From: Pseudomonas phage HPP-Temi | Reading direction: 5' to 3' (one strand) | DNA length: 64,000 nt | Sequence record: PP968062.1 | In this document: piece after piece, positions 9,822-19,434 of the stretch | How the letters are laid out: every line of letters starts with the position of its first letter | Numbering within the stretch: position 1 is the stretch's first letter | The notes under the pieces: generated by a model | Database searches by the model: none | Told to the model about the DNA's origin: nothing | Seen by the model: the letters and a program-made list of their open reading frames with translations, nothing else | Position numbers and translations under genes: made by a program

Positions 9822-9825
9822 CGAA

Positions 9826-10113
9826 ATGGAACACCAAGAACAAGTAAGTCTTATTAAGTCTCTCCTGCAATCTGCTTACGATCTAACATTCAATCCTGAA
9901 AAGCGTGGTGGTGCAGTAGGTCCTGATTGGAAGAAGCTAACTGAAGAAGTTGTACTCTTCCCGAATGGATTGGATATTACCATCAATGCGATCACCCGTG
10001 CTATTAAATGGGAACTCATCGATGGACGTGTTGCCAACATCACCTACGTTGAAGCCATGTTCTTTAATAAAGGACTCAAGGCTATCAAAGACTACCTGAA
10101 CGGAACGGAGTAA
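9826..10113 (+). CDS. hypothetical protein
   Basis: ATG preceded by a gaggtga SD. The track ORF begins at 9787. Confidence 0.55.
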   Translation: MEHQEQVSLIKSLLQSAYDLTFNPEKRGGAVGPDWKKLTEEVVLFPNGLDITINAITRAIKWELIDGRVANITYVEAMFFNKGLKAIKDYLNGTE

Positions 10114-10117
10114 AACA

Positions 10118-10450
10118 ATGTCTGAACTTGCACCTATCCAACATGAAGTATATACCGCTTTCTGTAGCCCTGCTCTTATGAATAAGACTACCACTGAAGC
10201 GTTCACTCATCTGCACAAACAGTTCCCTCAGATCAAACATTGCGTCAAAAGAAAGACAGGTGAGCACGAGCTACAATTCGTCTTCATCTTCCATGGCGAC
10301 GTGAATGATTTGATTGTCGTGAGAAAGACTACGCCAATGCCTACGCTGAGTAACTTTAATAACGAAGAAGTTGTTCTGAAGGGAGACGCTTTGAAAGAGG
10401 TGCTTGAGAAGGTCGGTCGTGGATCGATATCTCGGACAAAAAGAAAATAG
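10118..10450 (+). CDS. hypothetical protein
   Basis: 110 aa with an SD ggag 7 nt upstream. Confidence 0.6.
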   Translation: MSELAPIQHEVYTAFCSPALMNKTTTEAFTHLHKQFPQIKHCVKRKTGEHELQFVFIFHGDVNDLIVVRKTTPMPTLSNFNNEEVVLKGDALKEVLEKVGRGSISRTKRK

Positions 10451-10482
10451 TACTATTTGTGTAATAGTATGTAACACACAAT

Positions 10483-10558
10483 TCCGTGATAGCTCAGCAG
10501 GTAGAGCAGCGCACTGTTAATGCGTTTGTCCCATGTTCGATCCATGGTCGCGGAGCCA
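10483..10558 (+). tRNA. tRNA-Asn(GUU)
   Basis: TCCGTGATAGCTCAGCAGGTAGAGCA..., anticodon loop CTGTTAA, T-arm GTTCGATCC, 3' end GGAGCCA. Confidence 0.85.
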
Positions 10559-10717
10559 AACGTAAGATCGAGAAGCCCAAAGCTCGATCGAAAGGGACTG
10601 AGAGACTGCGGGTAGCTCAGTATAATCTAACGCCGCCCAATTCAAGAGAGTAGCTTCGGCTACTCTTTTATGCCGTGATGTTATACTCCAATATCGGAGT
10701 TATAGGAGATACTGAAA

Positions 10718-11374
10718 ATGTTGAATAGATCAAAAGGCCTGTTTTTAGATGATAGTAACCTTATGGAAGTTAAGGTTATAAATGCGGTAGGGCATAGAAC
10801 CCATGGTGGTCCTCATATAGAGGATGGATCAAAATATCATAGAACACTTGACTCGTATGAGGTGTTAGCTAAAGGTTATATGTTACGTGAGGGAGTACTG
10901 TCACTAGGTATAAATACATCTGCACACGATATTGAGTATGATGGATTTGGATTTATTAATGTATTTTTAATAGAAGATCCATTACCTCACGTTGAAGCAT
11001 ATAAAGGAAAACATGTTATTCTATCACCTGTACCTAAACAGTTGGCCGATAAAATAATTAAGGATGATAGAAATGTTGGACGATTAACAAATTTAGGAAT
11101 GTTAGATGATTTACTATACCAAATTGATACACGTGTAACTGAAGCATTAATCTATCTAACTGAAAACATGGCACCAGCCAGTCCCGAATATAGGGCAATT
11201 CCACCAGTTCTAACCTTTGACATTTTTGTAGATAATAAATATGTTTCGATATATGCGTTCGAATCAGCTATTAAAGAAAAGTATGGGGATACGATAACAT
11301 TCCGTATTATAGAACCTAATGAACCTCCGACACCAGGAGAGTATTTAAGGATTGAGTTAACTATAACGAAATAG
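10718..11374 (+). CDS. hypothetical protein in a low-GC island
   Basis: 218-aa ORF with an SD aggaga. Local GC is about 35% against about 47% elsewhere. Confidence 0.65.
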   Translation: MLNRSKGLFLDDSNLMEVKVINAVGHRTHGGPHIEDGSKYHRTLDSYEVLAKGYMLREGVLSLGINTSAHDIEYDGFGFINVFLIEDPLPHVEAYKGKHVILSPVPKQLADKIIKDDRNVGRLTNLGMLDDLLYQIDTRVTEALIYLTENMAPASPEYRAIPPVLTFDIFVDNKYVSIYAFESAIKEKYGDTITFRIIEPNEPPTPGEYLRIELTITK

Positions 11375-11442
11375 CAATATATCCTACAATTTATTCAAAC
11401 AGATTATCTTATGAACTAAATTGTTTACTTGAGAGCACACTC

Positions 11443-13290
11443 ATGTTTGAATTATTGTTATCAGCTGCTGGGCAAGCTAAGCCAGTGGAAATGATACCGT
11501 ATAACCAACCAACATTGTTTGGACAACTGGATGTTGGATTGGTTGGATCGGTACCCTATTTCAGAAATGGTTTATTAAATATTAATAGTGGTGCCCCATC
11601 AAGAAGTACAACTGATAATAACATCAGAATTTTTGATAGCACTGGTACTCAAATCAGTAAAACAGCTGTCCAAAATAGTTATTCACTTTGTCATACGGCG
11701 GGTGTATTTGTTCCAACATCCGATAGACTTTACATGTTCGGTGGGCGTCGTGGCGCTTCTTGGACACAAAACGTCATCACGATGATCAATCCAACTGTAC
11801 CTAATGATAATCTTATTAGTAATCAGTTGATGAATACATCCACTTATAACAGTATCGGCGATTGGGATGGCGGTGAATTTATTTGGGTACTGGAACATGC
11901 AACAGATCTTTTGATTCGCTATAGACTATCGAATAACGTTCGAGAAGTAATGAGTGCCCGGTGCCCTGTTATTCTATCTGGAGCGTATGCATTCTGCCAT
12001 AAAGGGAATTTCTATGTGATGGGTGGATGGAAGAACATCTCTGGCAGTTGGGTTGTTAACCAAGATGTTTATAAATACACCGTTGCTATTAATACATGGA
12101 CATTGTACCATTCATACTCCACAGACTACCACGGTGGTCATCAAGGTGGTAAGTACTGGAACGGGACTTTTAACTACACTATCGTTAAAGATGGTAAGAT
12201 TCATTGTGTTCGTTATTATATCGCCGAAAAACAATTTGTTGTTACTGAGACGAATATTGGTGAGGTCCATGGGACATCAGTCGCATTAAATCCATCGAAT
12301 GGCGATCTGTATCTGATCGGTGGTTCGGACATTGTTATCGATGACGCCCTTTTTAACACCCCTGAAAGAACGAAAGCAGCTATCTATAAATTCACTATTC
12401 CTATCCCTCCAAGTAAAACTGAATGGGAAGTAATGGCAAACGCACCTTATGATAGTCGAGGTTCCACTGCGGTTGTAATAGATGATGAACTGTATATGTT
12501 CGGCGGGTATACAAGTACAGGTGCATATAGAGGCGCGTTTAATAAATATAATCCTGAGACTAATACATGGAACGGTCTATTCACTGGATCTGGTTTAAGT
12601 CCGAGTGCCCGTGCTAATATGTGTGCAGCTGCAAATGATACACATATGTACCTATTCAGTGGATCTAACCAATCAGCAGATTTCTGGCGTTATAACGTAG
12701 CGACCAATGATTGGACGGCTATTACACCCGCTTCTCCGGGTTCATCTAATCCAGTATTTAGAACACAAGCTACGATGGTTCATTATAATGGTAAGCTCTA
12801 TTTGCTTGGTGGGAATAATGAATCTGACGCGTTGTTCGTCTACGATATTGCATCTAACATGTGGTCAAAACGAGTTGCGCAAGGTGGCATCCAACGATCT
12901 TCACATAGAGCGGTTGTTGTCGGCGAGTACATGTATGTCTATGGTGGATTTGTAAATGGTTCGCAATCCGGTCGATTTGATCGAATGAATATGAATACAT
13001 TTGCATGGGAGTCTCTACCGACTACCGATGGTCCCGGTGTTAACAGTTACGGTGTAATGCTGACTAACGATGAAGAAATTATATACATTGGCGGCGCTGA
13101 CGAAGACAAACGTAGAAAAGCCAATGCGTATAATATCCAATCGAGAACTTGGCGTAAACTACCAGAACTACCAAACGGTGTGAATGATGGCTATGGTGGA
13201 TTTATTAATGGCACAGCATATGTTGGCGGTGGTCTAACTGGAGCCAATAATAATACAATTACAGACAAGTTCTATCGTCTTGGAATTTAA
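11443..13290 (+). CDS. Kelch-repeat beta-propeller protein
   Basis: 615 aa with at least 8 repeats carrying the hhY(M/L)hGG signature (LYMFGG, FYVMGG, LYLIGG, LYMFGG, MYLFSG, LYLLGG, MYVYGG, IYIGG) and W/Y-rich spacing. Confidence 0.8.
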   Translation: MFELLLSAAGQAKPVEMIPYNQPTLFGQLDVGLVGSVPYFRNGLLNINSGAPSRSTTDNNIRIFDSTGTQISKTAVQNSYSLCHTAGVFVPTSDRLYMFGGRRGASWTQNVITMINPTVPNDNLISNQLMNTSTYNSIGDWDGGEFIWVLEHATDLLIRYRLSNNVREVMSARCPVILSGAYAFCHKGNFYVMGGWKNISGSWVVNQDVYKYTVAINTWTLYHSYSTDYHGGHQGGKYWNGTFNYTIVKDGKIHCVRYYIAEKQFVVTETNIGEVHGTSVALNPSNGDLYLIGGSDIVIDDALFNTPERTKAAIYKFTIPIPPSKTEWEVMANAPYDSRGSTAVVIDDELYMFGGYTSTGAYRGAFNKYNPETNTWNGLFTGSGLSPSARANMCAAANDTHMYLFSGSNQSADFWRYNVATNDWTAITPASPGSSNPVFRTQATMVHYNGKLYLLGGNNESDALFVYDIASNMWSKRVAQGGIQRSSHRAVVVGEYMYVYGGFVNGSQSGRFDRMNMNTFAWESLPTTDGPGVNSYGVMLTNDEEIIYIGGADEDKRRKANAYNIQSRTWRKLPELPNGVNDGYGGFINGTAYVGGGLTGANNNTITDKFYRLGI

Positions 13291-13334
13291 TAAATACTGG
13301 TATGGTAATACTATGTAAGACTATACCAGATTTC

Positions 13335-13423
13335 GGAGAGATAGGAAAATTGGTAACCCCAGCTGACTGTAAATCAGCCGTCCGTATCGGGCATTACTGG
13401 TTCGAGTCCAGTCCTCTCCACCA
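13335..13423 (+). tRNA. tRNA-Tyr(GUA), type II, CCA encoded
   Basis: Anticodon stem-loop AGCTGA-CTGTAAA-TCAGC, long variable arm, T-arm GGTTCGAGTCC, acceptor GGAGAG.../...CTCTCCACCA. Confidence 0.65.
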
Positions 13424-13435
13424 ATGCGTCATAGT

Positions 13436-13458
13436 GCTCTCCCTCCGGGGAGAGCTTT
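13436..13458 (+). terminator. hairpin gctctccctccggggagagc followed by TTTATG (the ATG is the start codon of the next gene)
   Basis: GC stem-loop seen in sequence. Confidence 0.5.
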
Positions 13459-14022
13459 ATGCCAATTAACACAAAAGGAAATAACATGTCAGCATTAAGT
13501 TTGATTCAACGATGGGCGCCGGAGGCACCGAGGATTCTCCTCCATGCTAATGACAAGCCCTCCACTACAAAGATGGTTCTCGATAAAGATCACGGGGAAT
13601 ACATGAAGTTTAACGACTTCCTGATCCTCCTTAAGAACGGTATCTTTATTGAAGCTACGAAAGATCTTCATGAAACGCTGCTAGATGGTAGAGCACAACA
13701 AGACCTCATGGCTCGACTGGGTCGTATGGGTTATGAAGACTTCGATCAAGTCATGCGTGTATTGGAAGAACAACGTAGTACTGTTCTCAAAGAGAAAGAG
13801 TATGAAATCTGGCAAGAGGGCCATCAAGCATCTGGTGATTCCAGTAAAGCTCATCTCGTTGGTAAGGCTACAGGTTACTCTTTCCTCGATGCTGTAGACA
13901 ACTACATGAAGACAGCCAGTAAAGATACGAAAGACTGTTTCCGTGCTGAACTGGATGCAGCCTATATCTGGGGTTGCCGTCTGTATGACAATGAAATCGA
14001 TGCACGTAAATCTTTCGGGTGA
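13459..14022 (+). CDS. hypothetical protein
   Basis: 187-aa ORF. Confidence 0.65.
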   Translation: MPINTKGNNMSALSLIQRWAPEAPRILLHANDKPSTTKMVLDKDHGEYMKFNDFLILLKNGIFIEATKDLHETLLDGRAQQDLMARLGRMGYEDFDQVMRVLEEQRSTVLKEKEYEIWQEGHQASGDSSKAHLVGKATGYSFLDAVDNYMKTASKDTKDCFRAELDAAYIWGCRLYDNEIDARKSFG

Positions 14023-14025
14023 TCT

Positions 14026-14460
14026 ATGATTCCTAAACTTTCTGTTGCTGATATCCGTAGTAAACAAACTCCTGAACAACTGGCCAATAACCGGGAGAAA
14101 ATCCTGGAAGCAGTCGAGCGTTACCATGCTGCTCAACGAGAGCTTGAAACCTACTGTGAACGTAATGGGTTAGAAGTACCTATCCTAGTCTGTAACTCCA
14201 TGGCAGTTAACAAAGGTATTCCTTCTCGTCTCTCTATGCACGTAATGGTTCAACTCGGTATTGGTGATTATACCAGTCGAATGAACATGAACGCTATCCA
14301 ACTCAGTGATATGATCGAACGTGATCTAACCGATCTTTGGAACAAGCATTATGAGAATGAGTGGATTGATTGGAAACCTTCCGTTAATACATTCCTCTGC
14401 AATGGCCAATATATCATCCAAGTCTTCTTGGGTCGCGAAAAGATCATGGAGTTGAAATGA
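14026..14460 (+). CDS. hypothetical protein
   Basis: 144-aa ORF starting 3 nt after the previous stop. Confidence 0.65.
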   Translation: MIPKLSVADIRSKQTPEQLANNREKILEAVERYHAAQRELETYCERNGLEVPILVCNSMAVNKGIPSRLSMHVMVQLGIGDYTSRMNMNAIQLSDMIERDLTDLWNKHYENEWIDWKPSVNTFLCNGQYIIQVFLGREKIMELK

Positions 14461-14606
14461 CTACTGAAGTCAAAAAAGAAAAGCGACATAGAGGGCGACA
14501 AGCCCTCAATGCAGTTGGTGAAATCATCGGTGCTATATTCGAAGGCATCTGGTGGATCCTGACCTGTCCGTTCCGTTTAATCGGTGCACTCTGTACACTC
14601 GATTAA
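14457..14606 (+). CDS. small membrane protein (49 aa)
   Basis: ATGA overlap with the upstream stop. The protein is basic at the N-terminus and hydrophobic at the C-terminus (IIGAIFEGIWWILTCPFRLIGALC). It is below the ORF-track size cutoff. Confidence 0.4.
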   Translation: MTTEVKKEKRHRGRQALNAVGEIIGAIFEGIWWILTCPFRLIGALCTLD

Positions 14607-14956
14607 AAAGAATACTTGGTTGGTTACAGTATGTAACGAACAAAGTTACTTCATCGAAATGCTGCCCGTTGAAACATCTCACGCTAGGTCCAGCAGACTG
14701 TATCGTTTCGATGTGACCTTTATAGCTCCCGGAAACCAAAGGCTAATTGTGGCAAGCCAATGCTTGAGGGAAGTCGATTGGGCCGACCCTAGAGAAAGGT
14801 GTCTCTTCAGTTCCACTGACTGTACCTAACGAGGGATATCAAGATCAATAAGAGACTGGTTTTGGTATTCGACATACAGCTCTCCGTTAAGGAGAGTTTT
14901 ATGCCGTTTTATACTGGGTACTATAACAGTATGTTAAAGGTCGTAAAGAGGTACAC

Positions 14957-15316
14957 ATGACTACATTCATGCCTAGTCACGCAGAAGCTGATATTGATGT
15001 TGCTTCAAGAAACAAAATGCTGTCTGAACTGCTTATAGAAGAGTTCCCTAATACCGAAGGAATGTCCACCGCAGCAGCTGAAGACTATCTACGTTCTAAG
15101 GTCGTAGATAAATTCAACATTAACCATCCGGAATACACAGCTCACGTTAGTTACGATTGTACAGCTCGTGGCGATTTCATCACAGCTTGGGTAACCCGTA
15201 AGCTCGCCTTAATCAAATTGAAAGTTACATCAGAGGAACCAAAATGTTCGAAAACGCAGAATTCAAAGATGATGGCCTTGGGGCACTCATTACGGAAATT
15301 TTTGGTCGGAACCTGA
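14957..15316 (+). CDS. hypothetical protein
   Basis: 119-aa ORF whose 3' end overlaps the next ORF. Confidence 0.45.
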   Translation: MTTFMPSHAEADIDVASRNKMLSELLIEEFPNTEGMSTAAAEDYLRSKVVDKFNINHPEYTAHVSYDCTARGDFITAWVTRKLALIKLKVTSEEPKCSKTQNSKMMALGHSLRKFLVGT

Positions 15317-15459
15317 ACCAGAAGTTCCAAGAATGGTACAGCCCACTGATGGCTGATCCGACTATAGAAAAGGTTCCAGTCTGCCGAGGTGGGCAGGTTG
15401 TTAAAGAACCAGCTAACTTCGTAGCTCTTGTAAAAGAGTGGTTAGCGAATCAAGAATAA
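15244..15459 (+). CDS. hypothetical protein
   Basis: 71 aa with a good SD gaggaa. Confidence 0.5.
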   Translation: MFENAEFKDDGLGALITEIFGRNLNQKFQEWYSPLMADPTIEKVPVCRGGQVVKEPANFVALVKEWLANQE

Positions 15460-15557
15460 GTTTACTGAGAAGTAAACCATATGTAAGAGTTAATGTCGGT
15501 GGTATCCCTTAACTTAACGGTCGGATGCGAAAAGTGCATCGGTGTTAACTCTTCATT

Positions 15558-15633
15558 GGGAGCATAGGCGAATTGGTATAGCCAGCTGGTTTAGGTCCAG
15601 CCGTCGTAAGACACTGTGGGTTCGAGTCCCTCT
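15558..15633 (+). tRNA. tRNA-Leu(UAG), type II, CCA encoded
   Basis: Acceptor GGGAGCA/TGCTCCT, anticodon stem GCTGG/CCAGC with loop TTTAGGT, long variable arm, T-loop TTCGAGT. Confidence 0.7.
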
Positions 15634-15857
15634 GCTCCTACCATTTACTAGATTCTTGTGTAATACTATACGAGAATATTCAATGACTCTGCATGTTCTC
15701 CGGGTATATCCCATAATTGCTATTCTACTCCTCCCTTAAAAGGATAGCATTTAAAGGTTGCGATGACTAATCGTAATGCAGGGTGATTAATAGTGCCGAC
15801 TATAGCGAGGGTCGGGTCTACACTTAACTGGTGGATTCCAGTACTCAATTCAAATTC

Positions 15858-15886
15858 AGCCGTTATAGCTCAGCAGGTAGAGCAAC
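15858..15886 (+). pseudogene. tRNA 5'-half fragment (paralog of tRNA-Asn acceptor and D-arm) truncated by the HNH gene
   Basis: GCCGTTATAGCTCAGCAGGTAGAGCA is nearly identical to the 5' half of the tRNA-Asn at 10483. No anticodon or T-arm follows; instead the HNH ORF begins. Confidence 0.55.
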
Positions 15887-15890
15887 TAAA

Positions 15891-16298
15891 ATGAGAATAG
15901 ATCTTGATTTTCCGTTTAACCAAGATTGGACTCATGGATATCTTAACAGTCAAACAACAGGTCGTCGGATTGTACATCTCCATGATGGTTCAGGCAAAAC
16001 GAAGACAGTTAGTTATGCAAGATATCTAGTCTCTGTGGAGCTAGAACGTCATCTTGAGAAAGATGAAGAAGTGGATCACGTTGACGATAATTTCGAAAAC
16101 GATAAACTACTTAATCTCCAAATTTTAACACCCCGGCAGAACAGAGCAAAGCAAGGTCCTCTAAATAGAGTAGACGTTGTACATGGTTCTTTAACAGCGT
16201 ACCGTTATTGTAAATGTGATATTTGCAAACTCGGTAAAAGTCTGTGGTCTAAGGGTGACAAAATTGGATACGAAAAAAATCTGGCCAACGTAGCATAG
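15891..16298 (+). CDS. HNH homing endonuclease
   Basis: HNH core EVDHVDDNFENDKLLNLQILTPRQNRAK. The gene sits inside the tRNA cluster, and its 3' end overlaps the next tRNA by about 15 nt. Confidence 0.75.
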   Translation: MRIDLDFPFNQDWTHGYLNSQTTGRRIVHLHDGSGKTKTVSYARYLVSVELERHLEKDEEVDHVDDNFENDKLLNLQILTPRQNRAKQGPLNRVDVVHGSLTAYRYCKCDICKLGKSLWSKGDKIGYEKNLANVA

Positions 16299-16370
16299 CG
16301 GTCGACTGCAATGGATTTGTAATCCATCGACTAACGTCCATCGTGAGTTCGAATCTCACCGTTGGCTCCA
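16284..16370 (+). tRNA. tRNA with anticodon UGU (Thr) but an unusually long variable arm, CCA encoded
   Basis: Acceptor GCCAACG/CGTTGGC, anticodon stem ATGGA/TCCAT with loop TTTGTAA, T-arm GTGAG-TTCGAAT-CTCAC, roughly 15-nt variable region. Confidence 0.5.
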
Positions 16371-16376
16371 GTAATA

Positions 16377-16461
16377 CCCAGTGTGGCAGAGTGGTTTAAT
16401 GCACCAGCGAAAAGCTGGCGACAAGTCCTACGAGTCCATAGGTTCGAATCCTATCACTGGC
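16377..16461 (+). tRNA. tRNA-like gene with Ser-type D-loop but a 5-nt anticodon loop (atypical or pseudo-tRNA)
   Basis: D-arm GGCAGAGTGGTTTAATGC, T-arm ATAGG-TTCGAAT-CCTAT and 3' CACTGGCCCA are recognisable. The anticodon arm CCAGC-GAAAA-GCTGG has only 5 loop nt. Confidence 0.35.
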
Positions 16462-16609
16462 CCAGTTTTTGAAATTAGTTGTAAGATGGTAAGGTACAGC
16501 CCGAATCACATTAAAGGAGCCGCCCGGTGATTCATGATGGGTGCATGGGTACAAGTCGAGTGATAAAACGAGTCGCCTTTCACTCCTGCTAATTTCAAAA
16601 AGCTATTCA

Positions 16610-16687
16610 GGTTCCATAGTCGAGTTGGTTAAGACGCTTGCCTGTCACGCAAGAGATCGTCGGGTTCGAGTCCCACTGGAATCGCCA
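16610..16687 (+). tRNA. tRNA-Asp(GUC)
   Basis: Acceptor GGTTCCA/TGGAATC, anticodon stem CTTGC/GCAAG with loop CTGTCAC, T-arm GGGTTCGAGTCCC, 3' end GCCA. It resembles E. coli tRNA-Asp. Confidence 0.85.
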
Positions 16688-16921
16688 TTCGAAAAGACAA
16701 GTCTATAAAACATTAAATAGACTTAGGTCTATTCCAATTGGAGGAATAGTCTCCAGAGGAACTAAACCTCTCGCCTATCCCTCCTCCTAAATGTGCTCTG
16801 GCAAATGTACTATATAGGTAATAGCTAGCTAAAAGAGTGAGCACAGATACCGTTGTAAAGGTAGCCGAAAGGCTACCTTTATTCCGTCAACTACAAATGT
16901 AATTTACTCAAGGGCTTCACT

Positions 16922-17422
16922 ATGAATGACAATATCGTTAACGCACACATTAACTACATCAATATGTTAATCGAGGATTCTCGTCAGATTAATGCAATCG
17001 CAGTTAATCGTGGACTACTTCGTATTAAACAAGATGCAGTAATGATCCGTGAGCATCAAACCGTAGGATTCCACACGGGTCCTTTGTTGAACCCTGATCA
17101 ATTCATTATTGATTGGTACGTAGCTAATGCAGACTCAACATTGGTGATTCCTTATAGTTCCGAAGATGGAGCTAAAATCACTTTGGAAGTAGCACGACGT
17201 ATGCCAGAAGTAAACCCGCAAAGGAACTTCGGTCATATCCGTTCGCTCTCGGTTCGACCTGCCGACACTATCGAGTTCTCTAGTAAACAAGAACACATCA
17301 AATACGTGATCTTGCAGAATGCTAGCAACGTGTTTACTTATGGTACCATCAAGAAGAAATCATTTTACAATTGGGTTGCTAAATGGTTTGCTAAAGATGT
17401 TTATGTAATTCTCGTTAACTAA
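16922..17422 (+). CDS. hypothetical protein
   Basis: 166-aa ORF after the tRNA cluster. A hairpin at about 16858..16885 and an AT-rich spacer precede it. Confidence 0.6.
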   Translation: MNDNIVNAHINYINMLIEDSRQINAIAVNRGLLRIKQDAVMIREHQTVGFHTGPLLNPDQFIIDWYVANADSTLVIPYSSEDGAKITLEVARRMPEVNPQRNFGHIRSLSVRPADTIEFSSKQEHIKYVILQNASNVFTYGTIKKKSFYNWVAKWFAKDVYVILVN

Positions 17423-17633
17423 AGGAAAATACAATGTTGAATAAAAAGAAACACGTAACGTATTTCTCGCTATTACTAATGTTAAGGTAATGAGATTTCT
17501 CGTGTAGGGATTGGGTGTCATAACTTCAATCCCTTCTTCCGTGTTGATTATGGTGACAAAACAGTAAACTGGGGAAACAAGTATAGCTAAGACTATAGTT
17601 AGAGCAAAACTGATTACAGAATCTGGTGCCTGG

Positions 17634-17882
17634 ATGTCTTCTGATTGGGGACGTGGTTTCATAGTCAATCGCTTTGTTAGACTGGGTGCTGATATCGTCA
17701 CACCAAATGAATTCGAAACACTGTTAACGGACTTCTCGGTTGGAGATATGTTAGTAGTATGGCCCAATGGCCTGAGAACATCGTACAAGACCGATAGCTT
17801 TGATAAGAACTTTACATATGTGAAGGACGAATACTATCAAACTGATCTGATTCCTCTCTTCTATCTAGGGAGTAAACAGTAA
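17634..17882 (+). CDS. hypothetical protein
   Basis: 82-aa ORF. Confidence 0.4.
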   Translation: MSSDWGRGFIVNRFVRLGADIVTPNEFETLLTDFSVGDMLVVWPNGLRTSYKTDSFDKNFTYVKDEYYQTDLIPLFYLGSKQ

Positions 17883-18148
17883 TGGCCTTCGCTTGCTGCA
17901 ATGCAGTTTACATGAACTATATCAATCGCGATGGCGGTACCGATATTGAAGTACTGCGTAAGATATCGGGAATGTAGATGAAGTCGTTCAAAAAGAACGC
18001 ACAGATGACTTAGCGCTATGGCATGCTAAGAAGCATGGTACCGAAGTTGCTAAGACTACGTTTGTATTGATTGGTGGGATAGAGCAAGAGCTCTGTATGT
18101 GTGATTGTCATAAACACGACGGTCATTACGTTTTACATTGAGGTGGAT

Positions 18149-18325
18149 ATGAGTACACTCGTACACAAATACGTAGCATTTACACGTACCTTTAAACTGA
18201 CTGAAATCAAGATGCCTAAAGGCGACCGTATGGTGCGCGCTGGTGGTGGTTTCAATAAAGGTAAGGGGTTCGTTAGGGTTGACCTCGGTGCTGTCGGATA
18301 CCGTATCACACGCCGTGATAACTAA
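18149..18325 (+). CDS. small basic protein (58 aa)
   Basis: Internal ATG of the track ORF 18101..18325, with a strong SD gaggtgg. Confidence 0.4.
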   Translation: MSTLVHKYVAFTRTFKLTEIKMPKGDRMVRAGGGFNKGKGFVRVDLGAVGYRITRRDN

Positions 18326-18336
18326 CAACATAAATA

Positions 18337-18358
18337 CCTTCCCTTCGGGGAAGGCTTA
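18337..18358 (+). terminator. hairpin ccttcccttcggggaagg followed by CTTATG
   Basis: GC stem with UUCG loop. Confidence 0.55.
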
Positions 18359-18546
18359 TGCCGCTATCTTATGATGTTGGTGTCAATCACCGTTTACCAT
18401 AGGGCGAAGTTTTAATTGACTTCACCTATGCCGTTATGACATATAGGAGCACTATCGTGTTTGAGGCCCTATTACCAATCCTAGAAAAAGACCGTCATAT
18501 GGCCTATCCTTGTATACATCGGCATTAAAGAAGATGGGAGTCAATA

Positions 18547-19434
18547 ATGAGAATCGATTTTAAAAACTACAACGATGTTACTGTTACCGGTAGCTATCGA
18601 ATCTACCGTAGTTATAGACCTATCGATCCGAACAATCCTTGGGCACCTATCGCAGAGGTCCCTGTGGGTACCTCTGAGTGGTATGATCTCACAGTAGACC
18701 TTCAACGTATCGCTTATTACCGAATATCGATCGTATCTGATGGTAATGAGGTGATCGGCCCCGAATACTGTACGACTAAGAGATTCTACTCTGGCCCAGA
18801 AATTACAGATGATGCACCTGACATGGTCATTAGGGGTAATGCAGAGTACGGGTATTATGGTAAAATCGCGCAAGAGCGTGTCTTGCCAATTGACCAATTG
18901 GTTGATAAGTATACTGACATCAATCTGATACCGGGTACTGACATTACGGATATCTATTACGAGAAATGTCTCTATAAAGGCAACGTACTGTTCATTCCTA
19001 GTAAGCCTTTCGTACAAGGTAGCTTCAGTGATCTATGGCGTGCAGGGATTGCATACAGCAATCCCAATGCCAAGAATTATCTTAAACAAGAGTTCGCTCA
19101 GAATTTCTCAGACATCCCTCGGTCTACCACTATTACCATGGGTGTACACACCTATAAAGTTCGAGCGATGAATGAGGAAGAGTTTAGAACCATCTATCCA
19201 AGGTTGTATCCTACATCAGGACTTGGACAGACGGTGAATACAATTCTTGCCAACAGTACGCCGCATACACATGGATTGATTATTCCTCGTACCCAAGAAC
19301 AAGGGGAGCAGGTATACGCATACACCATCAATAATGCGGCTGAGCTCGTTGATAGAAACGCTGTTCGACCTATACTTCTAATTCTTGAATTGGTTCCAGC
19401 CGAAACGATATCATTGCACCTACTCCGACAGTAG
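18547..19434 (+). CDS. FN3-like N-terminal domain protein (tail-fibre/adhesin-like)
   Basis: 295 aa. The N-terminal pattern YRIYRS..ID....PVGTSEWYDLTVDL...YYRISIV resembles phage fibre FN3 modules and recurs in the ORF at 20498. Confidence 0.55.
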   Translation: MRIDFKNYNDVTVTGSYRIYRSYRPIDPNNPWAPIAEVPVGTSEWYDLTVDLQRIAYYRISIVSDGNEVIGPEYCTTKRFYSGPEITDDAPDMVIRGNAEYGYYGKIAQERVLPIDQLVDKYTDINLIPGTDITDIYYEKCLYKGNVLFIPSKPFVQGSFSDLWRAGIAYSNPNAKNYLKQEFAQNFSDIPRSTTITMGVHTYKVRAMNEEEFRTIYPRLYPTSGLGQTVNTILANSTPHTHGLIIPRTQEQGEQVYAYTINNAAELVDRNAVRPILLILELVPAETISLHLLRQ

